Below, one piece after another: positions 49,877 to 61,700 of a DNA stretch of 64,000 nt. This DNA comes from Marsupella aquatica. Its lineage: Eukaryota > Plantae > Marchantiophyta. The notes beneath the pieces were generated by a model. It did no database searches and was not told where the DNA came from. It was given only the letters and a program-made list of their open reading frames with translations. The stretch spans positions 12,938,549 to 13,002,548 of the forward strand of contig OZ316896.1 in NCBI GenBank assembly GCA_973895155.1. The letters run 5' to 3'. Numbering within the stretch: position 1 is the first letter of the stretch; every line of letters starts with the position of its first letter. The position numbers and the translations under genes are program-made.

Positions 49877-52252
49877 TGTGACGCCAATGACATGGTCCTT
49901 ATTTTGTAATCTGATTAAGTAGGTTGCTGTATGCAAGGAGTAGCTATTGATATTGCATAACAATTAGCAAGATGGCAAGAATAAGGGCAATCATGGCGTT
50001 AAGAGTAGGGAAATAAAAGCTATGTCGCAGGTGGTCGGCGACCATATCTCTTTCAATATGTCACCAAATCCGGATCTGTAAAGAGCATTGGAAAGATCTG
50101 GTCAAGGCGAGTAAAATCGATATAAAACACTCGGGAAACGGAGGTGTATTAAGAAAGATACGGCCTGATTAGTGTGACGGGTTAACTTGTGGCCGGAATT
50201 AGCGGATTCGGCTTCAGTTTCGGGTTAACCCAAGCTCGACCACGGCTTAGCTTATGTGAGCACGGCTTCAGCTTAGCTCAGGTCAGCACGGCTTCAGCTT
50301 AGCTTAGGTAAGCACGGCTTCAGCTTATCTCAGGTAAGAACGGCTTCAGCTTAGCTCAGGTCAGCACGGCTTCAGCTTAGCTCAGGTCAACACGGCTTCA
50401 GCTTAGCTCAGGTCAGCGCGGCCTCAGGTTAGCATAGGTAAGCTCGGATTCGGGCTCAGCTTAGGCTAGGTTAGCGGATAGCGGATAGCGGGTAGCGGCC
50501 TAACCCGAGACCACGGGTTAGCTCTACTCGGGTTAGATAGGATAGCTAGGTTAGCCAAACTCGGGTTAGCTATGTAACTCGGGTTAGCGCAGCAGTGAGT
50601 ACCCCCTCTCGGTTGCGGGGGCATAACTCTCTATGTATTTGACCAAATCGGCTATAATTGACCTCATTGGAAAGAGGAGCTCAAGCCGCTTCCAACGCTG
50701 CTATCCACGCAGAAAATGGTTAAATAGAGAAATCGGGAGAGGAGGCGCAAGCTCGCGAAAACCATGGAGGAGGGCCGAATCCGAAGTACATAGCCAATTC
50801 GAGATAGAAATAAAGTTTCGAGTTAGGGTTCAGTAGTTAGAGATAGTGGCGGCTCTGTTAGGGCTGGGATGGGGCTCCAGCAGCGTAGTATCCACCCATT
50901 TGGGCTCAGTATGAGAGAGTATATAGAGCATCCCTCCGGTAGAGGCAGGGGGGGACTTCAGTTGTGTGATCTCACTTAGACTGAGTAGCGGGGAGGAGCT
51001 CTGTGCAAGCAAGGCTGGACTTGGACGCTGCGTGTTGGGGAGAGCTTGGTTGTGCTATTACTCAGGGAGTAATCAGCCAAGCTTCACAACAACGGGTTGC
51101 TAGGTTTGCGAGCTGGATTGTGGCTCTTTCTAGTGGGCAGCACAACTGGGTTCTTTTCCCCCGATACAGAGCCTTGGTGATAGGTGATGTATTGGTGATT
51201 GTAAACTGTGGGGAGGATTTCAATTCGATTTGCGGTGGGCACATTAGGGAGGCTGAGGTACTGATTAAGGGGCAGCAGGAGGAGCATTTACAGTTCAGTC
51301 TGGCAAGGCTACGTGATCCATGGGGAGTCCCGGCCTTTGTCTGGTGGAGAGCACTAAGGGATCTATGGCCAGAGCTGAGCTTGCAGGGCAAGCGTGAGGC
51401 CGGGCCTCATTGCAGTCTGGGATAGATCGCCGTTAGGCCTGGTACCAGCTTTGAAGTCGAGTCAACTATGCATGCGTAACTTGACGTTCTGAATTGGAGG
51501 TGTGAGATCTGTATGTGCCCCCAAGAATGAAGTGCAGTGAAGGAGGTTGAGTTCAGGATTGAGCTTGCATGGCAAGCACGGGGCTTGCAGGGCAAGCACG
51601 TCACAATCTGGAGGAGACAGCCTTCGGCCCTAGTGTTCGGATCAAGTGTTCTCAGTGAACTATTGTGCACATCTTTGAATCTAATTGAGTTTTCCTCTCA
51701 GGCCTCATTTCTCTCATGGATGTGTGTGTGTGTGTGAGGCAATCTGAGTGTATGATGGAACTAGCAGCGCCACTGAGAGGTGTACCGGGTGCATTGAAGC
51801 GGGCTGGGTGAGGACTGTCATAGCTCTGATTGTTGAGAGTGGAATGGCAGAGTGGTGGGGCAATGGCTTAGAAGTCCCTAAGCCGGGAATCAGTCAGGAG
51901 TCACTGGTTTATGGGTACATTCCGGCGGCGGAATAGAAACATACCTATGACAGTAAGCATATGTATAGACCTATGCGCACCGTAGCGCTAGGCCCTGTGT
52001 GTACGGGCCCGATATGAAGACCCCTTCTCACCAGAACTATCATGAGCGCAGATCTGATCCCCAACCTTGGTTCCTTGGGATTGAGCTTGGGTGATGTGTG
52101 ATAGAGTCTTGCTATGATAGTCTGGTGTTAAGGGCATAAACTGGTGTTTACCGGCATTCACAACATCCCTTCGTGATCCTCAGGTACAAGGAGATGGTTT
52201 TGGCACCCATAGTGACGTTTTTGGTGTTAAGACCCATGTCAATCGCGTGACA
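49877..52252. mobile_element. 2376-bp solo-LTR-like insertion
   Basis: Termini TGTGACGC...GCGTGACA; perfect 5-bp TSD CAAAT (49872-49876, 52253-52257); removing it restores the transposase frame. Confidence 0.92.
50259..50460. repeat. 26-bp minisatellite inside the solo LTR, ~7-8 copies
   Basis: agcacggcttcagcttagctcaggtc unit, head to tail with no spacers. Confidence 0.93.
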
Positions 52253-52479
52253 CAAATCAACAACAACCTGCATAGAAACTGAAGTTTTTTTTTCTTGAAA
52301 TCATAATAGTCTTGGCTCCGCTCTGCTAATGGTAACTCAACGTCGGGAAAGTGTGTGCCATCCATAGCACCGCAACAATTGGGGAATCCCAATGTCCAAG
52401 GAATTGTGTTTTGACGTCGTCCAATTCTAGTCCAGCTGGCCATTTGATAAGCCACCTGCCTCAGTCTGGCTGGCCATTT

Positions 52480-53520
52480 GATAGCAATGTTTACATTGGC
52501 TTTTGCTCTCAGTGCACAAATGAACCGGGATTTTGAATCGCTCTAAAATCTGCAAAATCGTACACAAGTAGTTCTAGATAGAGAGCAAAACAATTCAAGA
52601 AGACGAGTACAAGATAGCAATGTAAACATGAGTGACATCTTTAAGACAATATTATATGATGAAGCTTTAACGACGACAGAGTCGGAACTTTGTACCAACA
52701 TGAACTACGAGGGACCTTCTGCTAGACAAGATTGTTGCAATTTTCAACCAATATTCAAACTAGTGTGGAGTAATCAACGATAAACTTGTCGACAACTATC
52801 GTAGCATCAAGTTAACTTGTGATTCTCAATTCACCCACGAACTTCTTCTACAAAAGACGTATTCACAAAGTCGGGAGCTCTACCAACATGGTTGGCTGGA
52901 CTGGATCACAATATTATTGTCCATTGAGTTTTTGCAATGCTCGGCTCCTACATTTGGAGGATCAATATAAGAGAAAATTTGAAGATCTACCACTCCAATG
53001 TTGTGTGATGATCAAATGATGCACATCTAAGAACTAAGTCTGCCAGTGAGAGATGGACATGGATGTCCTCTAGTAGCTGTGTGGCAAATTGTCTGTAAAG
53101 CGCTTGACAGCCAGTGTCTGATTTGAAAGGCAAAGTGATCTTAAATTGGATTTCTCTGTAGGCCAGCGCTATTTGAAAGGCATTGCAATTCCTTGGCACT
53201 AGCCCGACAACAATTACCAGCTGAGAATCAAATCTTTCGCTCAGACAAATCCAAAAGTTGTCTCATCCCCAGCTGACCCAAAAACTTGATTCACGCGCGT
53301 TGAAAACCATCAATATCCTTGTCCCCCTACTCCCAGGTCCGGCATAAACAATTCTAGTCAAAACGTCGACAGCCTGCCCATTGTAGCTACTCATCATACA
53401 CTAGCCTCATTCTTTGAATATTTACAGAAATGAAGGTTGCCCATTGTGGCTATTCATCATACACAAGCCTGAATACACATTTTGATGACAAATCATGAAT
53501 GCACATTTGATGACAAAATC
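52480..53520 (+). repeat. Orphan copy of the dehydrogenase 3' flank (paralogous to 56253-57410)
   Basis: Colinear from gatagcaatgtttac.ttggc..t.gctctcagtg.acaaatgaaccggg to aagcctgaatacaca. Confidence 0.92.
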
Positions 53521-55023
53521 ATGCATGCCAAGGTTTCTGACATAGTGGAATTTGGCAGATTTCCACAAGAAAAATGTTGGAGGAGAAGTGGCTAAAGTTT
53601 TAGAGAGAGGTCTAATGTGGCAAACAGTGGACAAAACAATATGCAAGTAGTAGCAAAGAAGGTGTTTCCAAATGAAATCCAATGTAATTTTATGTCAGAA
53701 AGGCCTGTATTTCTGAATTGTGATCAGCCATGTAGTCACTTACAAACTGAAATGCACTTATGTATTGCTGGTTTAGTCAGGGTCTAGATGCAAAGTTGCA
53801 CTTTTTGGTCCATTAAACTCTAATGTGAGGGTAGTCATGACCGGGCTGCACTTGCCCACAGAATGTAGGTATTGAGCCTACACTTAAAAATCTTTTTGTC
53901 GTCCATATCAGCCACTGCAATCTCAATTTGCCTCGCCTCCATGCCTCCTGGTCCATTGGCAATGCCATCGTGAGACTACACATGCCCTCTCCAATTGGAC
54001 TCTGCGGTTTGGTTTGGTTGAAATCTATGCGCTTCGGGCTAGGCTTTGTGTTCAATGTCAAATTGAATGAGCTTTGTGTTCAGTGTTGACAAGTTTCATG
54101 TTTGACGGATCCCAGAGAAATTTTTGCAACCAAACCAAGTTTGAAAGGTATTTGGCAACCCCATATGGTGTGGGCGTACGTTACTTTGGGTAGGAGAGGC
54201 TTGTTCAGGCCTGCATTTGGGCCCTTTAATTTTCCTGGTTTTAGTCCCCTCCCCCTAAACCCACGGAGATCCGTGGTGGCGTGCACCTAAACATGATGTA
54301 CTGTATATACCTCGCTTTTACTCAATCGTGCTTTGTTTGACCGATTAAATAAAGTAAAAAGGTCATCTGTGATCTGTCGGTATGCTCTGTCTCGCGGAAA
54401 TTACACTTGGACCTGCTATCGCCTCGAGCTCCCTCCCACCTCCTCACCGAAGCTCTCCAAGAAGTTTCGTTACGATCATTCCTTCCATTCCGCGATAATT
54501 ATACTGGGCTACCGGACCGAGTTCACCAAACCTGGTGAGAGGGGAGTCAGAAAAATCCAATTGCGCATTGCTCGACCCCCGTGGATCGCTGTAGATGCCA
54601 CAGGGCATTAACCCAATCCCCTGTCCGAATCGAATTTCAAACCTCGGTTGTTCGCTGTGTCCTTTCGCCATGAAATATCCTCAGCTTCGAATTGGTTCCA
54701 TGACTCCTCTCACAGATCTATTAATCCAACCCCAACCATGCTTCAAATGCAAAACTCAGACCTTCCATCCCGGCGTCCCGCTCTAATCTGCATTCGATCT
54801 TTGTCCTCTGACGTGACGATCATTTTCATTCCGTGCAGCTTTCAAGCTGTCGTGATCGAGACACCCAAATCACATTGCCTCCATCGGTTACCACAATACA
54901 GAATTCGAAAGCTGTCGTGTCGATAGAGGAGAAATTTGCTTCGAAGGGAGCTAGTTTGAAAGGATCGTCTTCTCTGTTACAGTCTTACACTTAGGCGCCT
55001 CTAGACTCATCGTACTCCATAAA

Positions 55024-56034
55024 ATGCCATCCAACACGGCTGCATGGCTTGTTGGAGCGAAGACAAAGCCACTCGAGGTCAGGCCGGCTCCTTACACCCC
55101 TCCCGGTGAGCATGAGATTGTCATCAAGAACGCCGCGATAGCCATCAATCCCGTCGACTGGAAGCTGCAAGAGCTAGCGTTGTTCCCCCTCAACTATCCA
55201 GCTATACTCTGTGAAGATGTTGCTGGTGAGGTCGTGGAGGTCGGCAGTTCTGTCACCCGATTCCGAGTGGGCGATCGCGTGCTCGGTCACGGAAGTGGCT
55301 TGGGTTCCCAGCGTGCCTCCCAAAGCGCTTTCCAGGAGTACACCGTGGTAAATGACTACATGTCGTCGCCAATTCCCACCACAATGCCCTTTGAGACTGC
55401 CGTGGTCATCCCCTTGGGCTTTTCGACTGCTGCCGTAGGATTGTATAAGAGCGACTACCTCGCGTTTCCATACCCGTCCGTGAGTCCAAAGCCAACCGGC
55501 AAAGTGCTGCTCGTCTGGGGAGGGGCGTCAAGCGTCGGCGGTAACGGGATTCAGCTCGGCGTTGCATCCGGCTACGAGGTCATCACAACTGCGTCCCCGA
55601 AGAACTTCGGCTACGTCAAGAAGCTCGGCGCCAGCCAGGTCTTCGACTACAAAAGCAAGACTATCGTTCAGGAGCTCGTTGAGGCATTAAAGGGCAAAAC
55701 GATCGCTGGGGTGCTGGATTGCATCAGGACTGATGGAGTATTGGAGGTCTGCGCGGAAGTCTTGAGCAAGTCCCAAGGCCATAAATTCATCTCTACGGTC
55801 GGTCTTGCTCAGGAGAACCTGCCTGGCGCCGTTGAAACGAAGCGGATTTTGGGGATTGTGGACAACGAGGTCGGCAAGGCTGTGTACGAGGAGTACCTGC
55901 CAAAGGCTCTCGCTGAGGGCAAATTTGTGCCGGCTCCTGATCCAGTCGTTGTCGGGAAGGGCCTCCACTGTATCCAAGAAGCCCTAGAGGCTCAGAAGAC
56001 AGTGTCTGCAAAGAAAGTGGTTATTACTTTATAA
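55024..56034 (+). CDS. Intronless MDR-family enoyl-reductase-like / CipB-like dehydrogenase, copy 2 (336 aa)
   Basis: Full-length paralog of 25853-26863 in the opposite orientation; AINPVDWK, EDVAGEV, LVWGGASSVG; upstream 54370-55023 resembles the reverse complement of 26864-27740. Confidence 0.94.
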   Translation: MPSNTAAWLVGAKTKPLEVRPAPYTPPGEHEIVIKNAAIAINPVDWKLQELALFPLNYPAILCEDVAGEVVEVGSSVTRFRVGDRVLGHGSGLGSQRASQSAFQEYTVVNDYMSSPIPTTMPFETAVVIPLGFSTAAVGLYKSDYLAFPYPSVSPKPTGKVLLVWGGASSVGGNGIQLGVASGYEVITTASPKNFGYVKKLGASQVFDYKSKTIVQELVEALKGKTIAGVLDCIRTDGVLEVCAEVLSKSQGHKFISTVGLAQENLPGAVETKRILGIVDNEVGKAVYEEYLPKALAEGKFVPAPDPVVVGKGLHCIQEALEAQKTVSAKKVVITL

Positions 56035-58522
56035 TTTAAACATTTCAATATTTAGCACGTTCAAGCAAGCGGCTGTTGGGCAGATCGAGATGTCACTGAC
56101 CACTTGATCGGTTCGACCAAAACGGGAGGATGGTTGGCCTTCGGCGCTCAGTGCACAACTGAACCGGGATCCTCAATCTCTCTGAAATTTGCAAAAATCG
56201 GGTACAAGTAGTTCTAGACAGAGAGCGAAATAATTCGAGAAGACGAGTACGAGATAGCAATGTTTACGTTGGCCTTCGCTCTCAGTGAACAAATGAACCG
56301 GGATTTTGAATCGCTCTGAAATCTGCAAAATCATACACAAGTAGTCCTAGACAGAGAGCGAAACAATTTAAGAAGACGAGTACGAGATAGCAATGTAAAC
56401 ATGACGTCTTCAAGACAATATTATATGATGAAGCTCTAACAACGGCAGATTAGGAACTTCTTACGAACATGAACTACGAGGGACCTACTGCTAGACAGGA
56501 TTGTGCAATTTTCCACCAATATTCAAACTGGTGTGGAATAATCAACGATTAACTTGTCGACAACTTTCGTAGCATCGAGTTAACTGTGATTGATTCACCC
56601 ACGAACTTCTTCTACAAAATACGTATGCACGAAGTCGGGAGCTCTACCAACATGGTTGGCTGGACTGGTTCACAGTATTATTGTCCACTGAGTTTTTGCA
56701 ATGCTGGGCTGCTACATTTGGAAGGCCAGTATGAGAGAAAGTCATCAGCTAAATCGAGAGTCTACCAACATGGTTGGCTGGACTGGATCACAGTATTATT
56801 GTCCACTGAGTTTTTGCAATGGTGGGCTGCTACATTTGGAAGGTCAGTATAAGAGAAAGTCATCAGCTAAATCGAGAGGACACCCCTGAGCTGATGATTC
56901 GAAGATCTACCACTCCATTGTGTGATAATCGAATGATGCACATCTAAGAACTAAGTCTGCCAGTGAGAGATGGACATGGATGTCCTCTAGTAGCTGTGTG
57001 TCAAATTGTCTGTAATGGGCTTGACAGCTAGTGTCTGATCTGAAAGGCAAAGTGATCTCAAATTTGATTTCTCTCCAGGCCAGCGCTATTCCAAATGCAT
57101 TGCGATTCCTTGGCACTAGACGGGCGACAATTACCAGATGAGAATCAAATCTTTTGCTCAGATAAATCCAAAAGTTGTCTCATCCCCAGCTGACCCAGAA
57201 ACTTGATTCACGTCGAAAACCATCAATATCCTCGTCACCCTACTCCCAGATCCGGCAGCAGCAATTATAGTCAAAACATCGACAGCCTGCCCATTGTAGC
57301 TACTCATCATACACGAGCCTCATTCTTAACAGAAATTATGGTTGCCCATTGTGGCTCTTCATCATACACAAGCCTGAATACACATTTGATGACAAAAGAT
57401 CATGCATGATATCATTTTTAAACATACAACATTCGGTAGTTATTTCCATGCACATAAACTTTGGTGGGGCCCTAAAGTCTCTATCGACAGGCTTCACTCT
57501 ACAAGCCTAGAAGCCAATTCTAGTTTATCATGGCAATTTAATAGTAAGATTTTTGTTCGCCTACAAAACATTAGCTGAGATGCCTCCAGTTTTACTGATT
57601 ACTTCCCCTTGCATATAACCTCCAAGGTAGACGTAAGCTCACATGGGACCCATGAAAATGTATATATTTTAGTTAGGATGACTGGACTTAGTAAACTTGC
57701 TCGCCTTTCTTCAAGCAACATTTAGAGAGTTCAAGAATTGGGTGGAGAAAACGTTTGAACTTTAGGTTGTCAATTATAAAAATAATAATTTGAATTTTTC
57801 ATTTAACCACACATGTGATGCTCTTTCTTCTGCCAATTCAAGTGAATGAGAGAGAAAATTGATACTTTGGGAGGTTGACACCTCCTGCTTTAAGTGCTCC
57901 TCATACTTTTAATTATTTGCTAAGCTTATGGTTTTTAATTGTCATACCTAAGGCAAGGGAGGATGTTATGTAAGTTATTTGCACAAATTTTGATCGATTT
58001 GAGTGTCATTAGAGCAAATGAGAATATACCTTATGTGCACAACTTTTCAAGACTTGTGCACTTGTACTTTTAGTCATTATGTGACATGTACTTTTATTTG
58101 GCATGTGCTCTACTTCTCTCACTCAATCCTATCAAATACTATGCAATAGTCATTTACACATCACCGCAAGACAAAAAAATGAAGCATGTTCGAGGATGAA
58201 CATGCTATAATGAGTGAAGTTAGTGTGGAAGGTCAAAGCCACAACAAATCCATACCAAAAAAGCATTGTATAGACACATAGTCTATATAGGAGGAGTTGC
58301 ATATTGAAATGTGATCAACCATTGAAGTACATTTATTAGTGTACTCCCCATCTATCTGCTGTTTTGTGATGAGGAGTTGGAGATTGAATTGTGATCAACC
58401 ATTGAGTTATGGTAATGTAATCCCCATCTATGTGCTACTTGTGATGAGCAGTTGTAGAATTTATTTTTTTGATCAACCATTGAGTCCTGTTAGTGTAGTC
58501 CCCATACCTGTATTATTTGTGA

Positions 58523-58752
58523 CGAGCCCTATGCCAGTGCTTTGCACTGTGCAAGGAGGGCAGGTCCATAGGGATTGGCCGGGGCATTACGGGGCGGGAA
58601 ACAAATATGTGATAGGGGTGTACACTTTTATCATCAATGGTCAGCAAAAACAGCTAATGAAATCCAACGGCTGTGGAGCTTTCCCGCCCAGGAGATTTTT
58701 TGTATGGGGACGAAGGACAAAAAAAGGTGGGATCCCTTATTATAGTTGTAGA
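58523..58752 (-). mobile_element. 230-bp non-autonomous Helitron
   Basis: Minus strand begins TCTACAACTATATAAG and ends with the hairpin CAGTGC-AAA-GCACTG plus 12 nt ending CTCG; inserted between A and T with no TSD; empty site ttgtgatgaggag present in the paralog at ~19436-19448. Confidence 0.85.
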
Positions 58753-61700
58753 TGAGGAGTTGTAGATAGAATTGTGATCATTGAGTTACATTAGTGTAGT
58801 CCCCATGTCTGTGCTATTCACGACTTTCATGAAGATCTTGCCATGTGTGATGCTTTGCTATTGACAATTTTATCATTATATAAGTACTCCATATTCTTAA
58901 GGTCAACCAGAAGGAGGATATTGTGGGCCACAATGCAGAATAAGAGAGGAATTTCATTTTGCATCTATATCTATGCCCCCATTAAGAAAGGAGAAAAAGT
59001 CATCTGAGGTTCTAGGAAATGCACTGCAACATGTGTCGCATCTTTTGGACTACTACTACGCTACTACCCTACTACCTAATTTCTTCCTTCTTGGGAGAAT
59101 TAAGTTAAAAACACCATATTGGTTCATAAACTAAAACAGCGCAGGCTGGGAGCTCCAAAAACCAAAGAAACACATGACATCTACAGATTTGCTTATGATC
59201 TCGCTGAACAAAACTAGGATTTTTTTTAATAAGCAACAAAGTATACAGCAAAATAAATATGACCTTCTTTGCTCCAGAGGGCAATAACTCTTTTGGCACA
59301 GTCATGTGGAATCTCCCGCCATGGACACTCAAGACTGCACTACTCCTGAACAAGACCAATGCTACCATCATGAAAAATGGCCACAAACGGAGGTGTCCGC
59401 AAACACGAGCCTCAGTCTACTTTTTGCATAAGGGTTAGCATTGGTTCCCTTGGTGCTGTTGTCACCATTTTGTCACCAAAACATACAAGAAACCCCTCGG
59501 CATGTAGCTCAACTGCTGCCTTCCTGAATGTAAAAAACGACGGATACAGAATCACTCAATTCTATTGAGAAGCAACTATCTCAGCAGCAAAATTGAAACT
59601 TCTGAGAATGAGCTAAAAATGTCAGTGTCTGATCGAGGTTAGTGACAAGCATCACCTGTGGTTGTTTTTTTGCAAGGAAAGTGTGCTTCACAATCGTTAT
59701 GAGATGGGTTAAACTGGAGAGAAGTGTGGAATCCGTTTGCAACATCGTTGAATTCTCCCCACCAACAGAAGTTGGACAAACTTCCAGCGCTCTCTACTGA
59801 TTGTGAAAATACTTCATCAGTATTTTTGACTGAGTACAAAAACAAGCTAGAATTTTCCTCACCAAGATTGTAGCGTAGAGCCTACACAAGTGTTCTAGGT
59901 AATATCAATTTTATTCTACGTCATCAGGTTTGTGAACATTAAATAGGGCTCTATTGTACGCAAACTAAACATATCTATCCCCAAGAAAATGCTTCCAATA
60001 CTCAGCCTCGCTTATGAAACTGAAATTGTGAATCGAAAAGATTGTGTTCAGTCTCAAGTTCCATTATGATCACTTCCTCTATTTGAGATACACAACTTTG
60101 GGGTTAGGTTCCCGCAGAAAGGCGACTATGATACATAATACGTCCTATTTGGTTAATGTATTCCAAAATGCGAGCTGGAATTCATTTAGAAGCCTTACGA
60201 AACAGGCTTAGATTTGGCAGTCATGATCTTGGCAGGCTTACCTCATTCATGAACGGTCTGCGGAATATCGTATAAATCAGTCGAGTGAGTTGGGGACCCT
60301 TCAGTGAGCAAATCTCAGCAGTTCAAATTCATGATGCATGAAATCATTTGAGCTCCAATCAACAGATCCTTCTGTTCAATACTCTCAACAGATTCTGGAA
60401 ATTTGCTATCCAAACAAACCTTTTTTGCAGTGACATTTTCTCGAACTCCTGTGGCATAATGTTCAAGTGGGCACTCATTTGAGCTCCTCTGTTTTGAGAG
60501 TAGCAATCCTACTTTGACCTTTGCGAATTAATAAAGTTTGCAAACGTTTGATGCTTTGATGTTCTCTATTTCGACAGCAACTATTTGTTGACTGAATACC
60601 AACATGTTTGGCTGCAAAACAATTTGCCAACACAGTGACTAGCTGCAGCAGAAGTCGATTGTGGCCAATTACAAAGGATCGGCCTAAAAGGGCACTACCG
60701 TCTTCTAGCTCCGCAACGAATAAGCAACAAAGCTTCCCCGCATGCATCAAAGGCAGCATTTGGTGCATAATTCGCACGAAGGGGGAAAAGCCCCTAAGAG
60801 TGAACAAAAACAAGCTTCTGACAAGAATCGGGCAGGTGAAGGACGGAGTGCATGAAGAGAGTGAAGAAGCAAGCAGCCACAGTACCCACCTAGAGTAGTA
60901 CGTGGCCTACTGCAGAACACAGATCTTACCATGCCTTTGTTGAAATCTGTTTACATCAGTGGTATCAGTTCTGCTCACCTTGGACGCCTCTACCTTGAAG
61001 CCAGTGAGGACCTTCGTTCCATCAAGCATACATCATCAACTTAGACATGAATGTCAATAATGGGGAATCGTCTTGGTGGAGACTAAAACCCACGCAACTT
61101 GTTTGGTATTCAGTCGAGTAATGGTCACTTGCTTCTCGGAGGTACTCATTTTGTTGACATCTACAGGGTACGAAACAATTGCCTGTCAGTCAATGTGGAT
61201 GCACAATAAGAAGTGGTACTGAAGGATGAATAGCTGAGTTGGCTTGATAAACGGGCCCGTTTGTAGGGCTGGTTCCACACGACCACCACTATTCCTTTTG
61301 GTAGTGTGTTTCTCTCTTCGTATTTGGAAGACATTACACCATGCTCAAGCCTGAGTGTAGATCTCCAGGCTTGCCTCCAGTTACTATACTAGTTATCTAC
61401 AATTATATATCGCACTATTATAGAGATAGATTCTAATTGTTTTTTAATGTTTCTTCTAGTCATTGGGGTTCACAGTTGCCCTCTTCTTTAGAGATCAGTA
61501 TGTACTCTCGATGCCTTTTACTTTAATCCGGTGTACTTCTTTTGGCCGTTTCTGGAAAGTTGGTACTTTTTTGTCACTTTTATCAGCAAAGGAATATAGA
61601 ATGATAAAGAAACTTTTGGAGATGGGTCGCTTGGGTGCCATAATCATGTTACTGGGTGTTATCCCCCTTCTCACAAAATACCGTTAGTGCCATACAAATG

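Larger units (their letters stand above)
49356..52465 (-). pseudogene. PIF/Harbinger (HARBI1/ALP1-like DDE_Tnp_4) transposase, 5'-truncated and split by a solo LTR
   Basis: IKWP...F...GFPNCCGAMDGTH, SVSMQVVVDL|KLRFLDVVARWPGSIQDTRLLR (rejoined across the insert), YILGDAGYPL.PWLMVPF, SRMAIERAFGHLK, CCLLHNF. Confidence 0.92.

Noticed and set aside
50259-50460. Regular 26-bp repeats as a CRISPR array
   Set aside because: Head-to-tail minisatellite with no unique spacers, inside an LTR, in a eukaryotic locus with no cas genes
56590-57120. Faint kinase-like fragments in the dehydrogenase 3' flank
   Set aside because: No diagnostic HRD, DFG or APE motif is readable, and orientation is inconsistent with the LRR remnant
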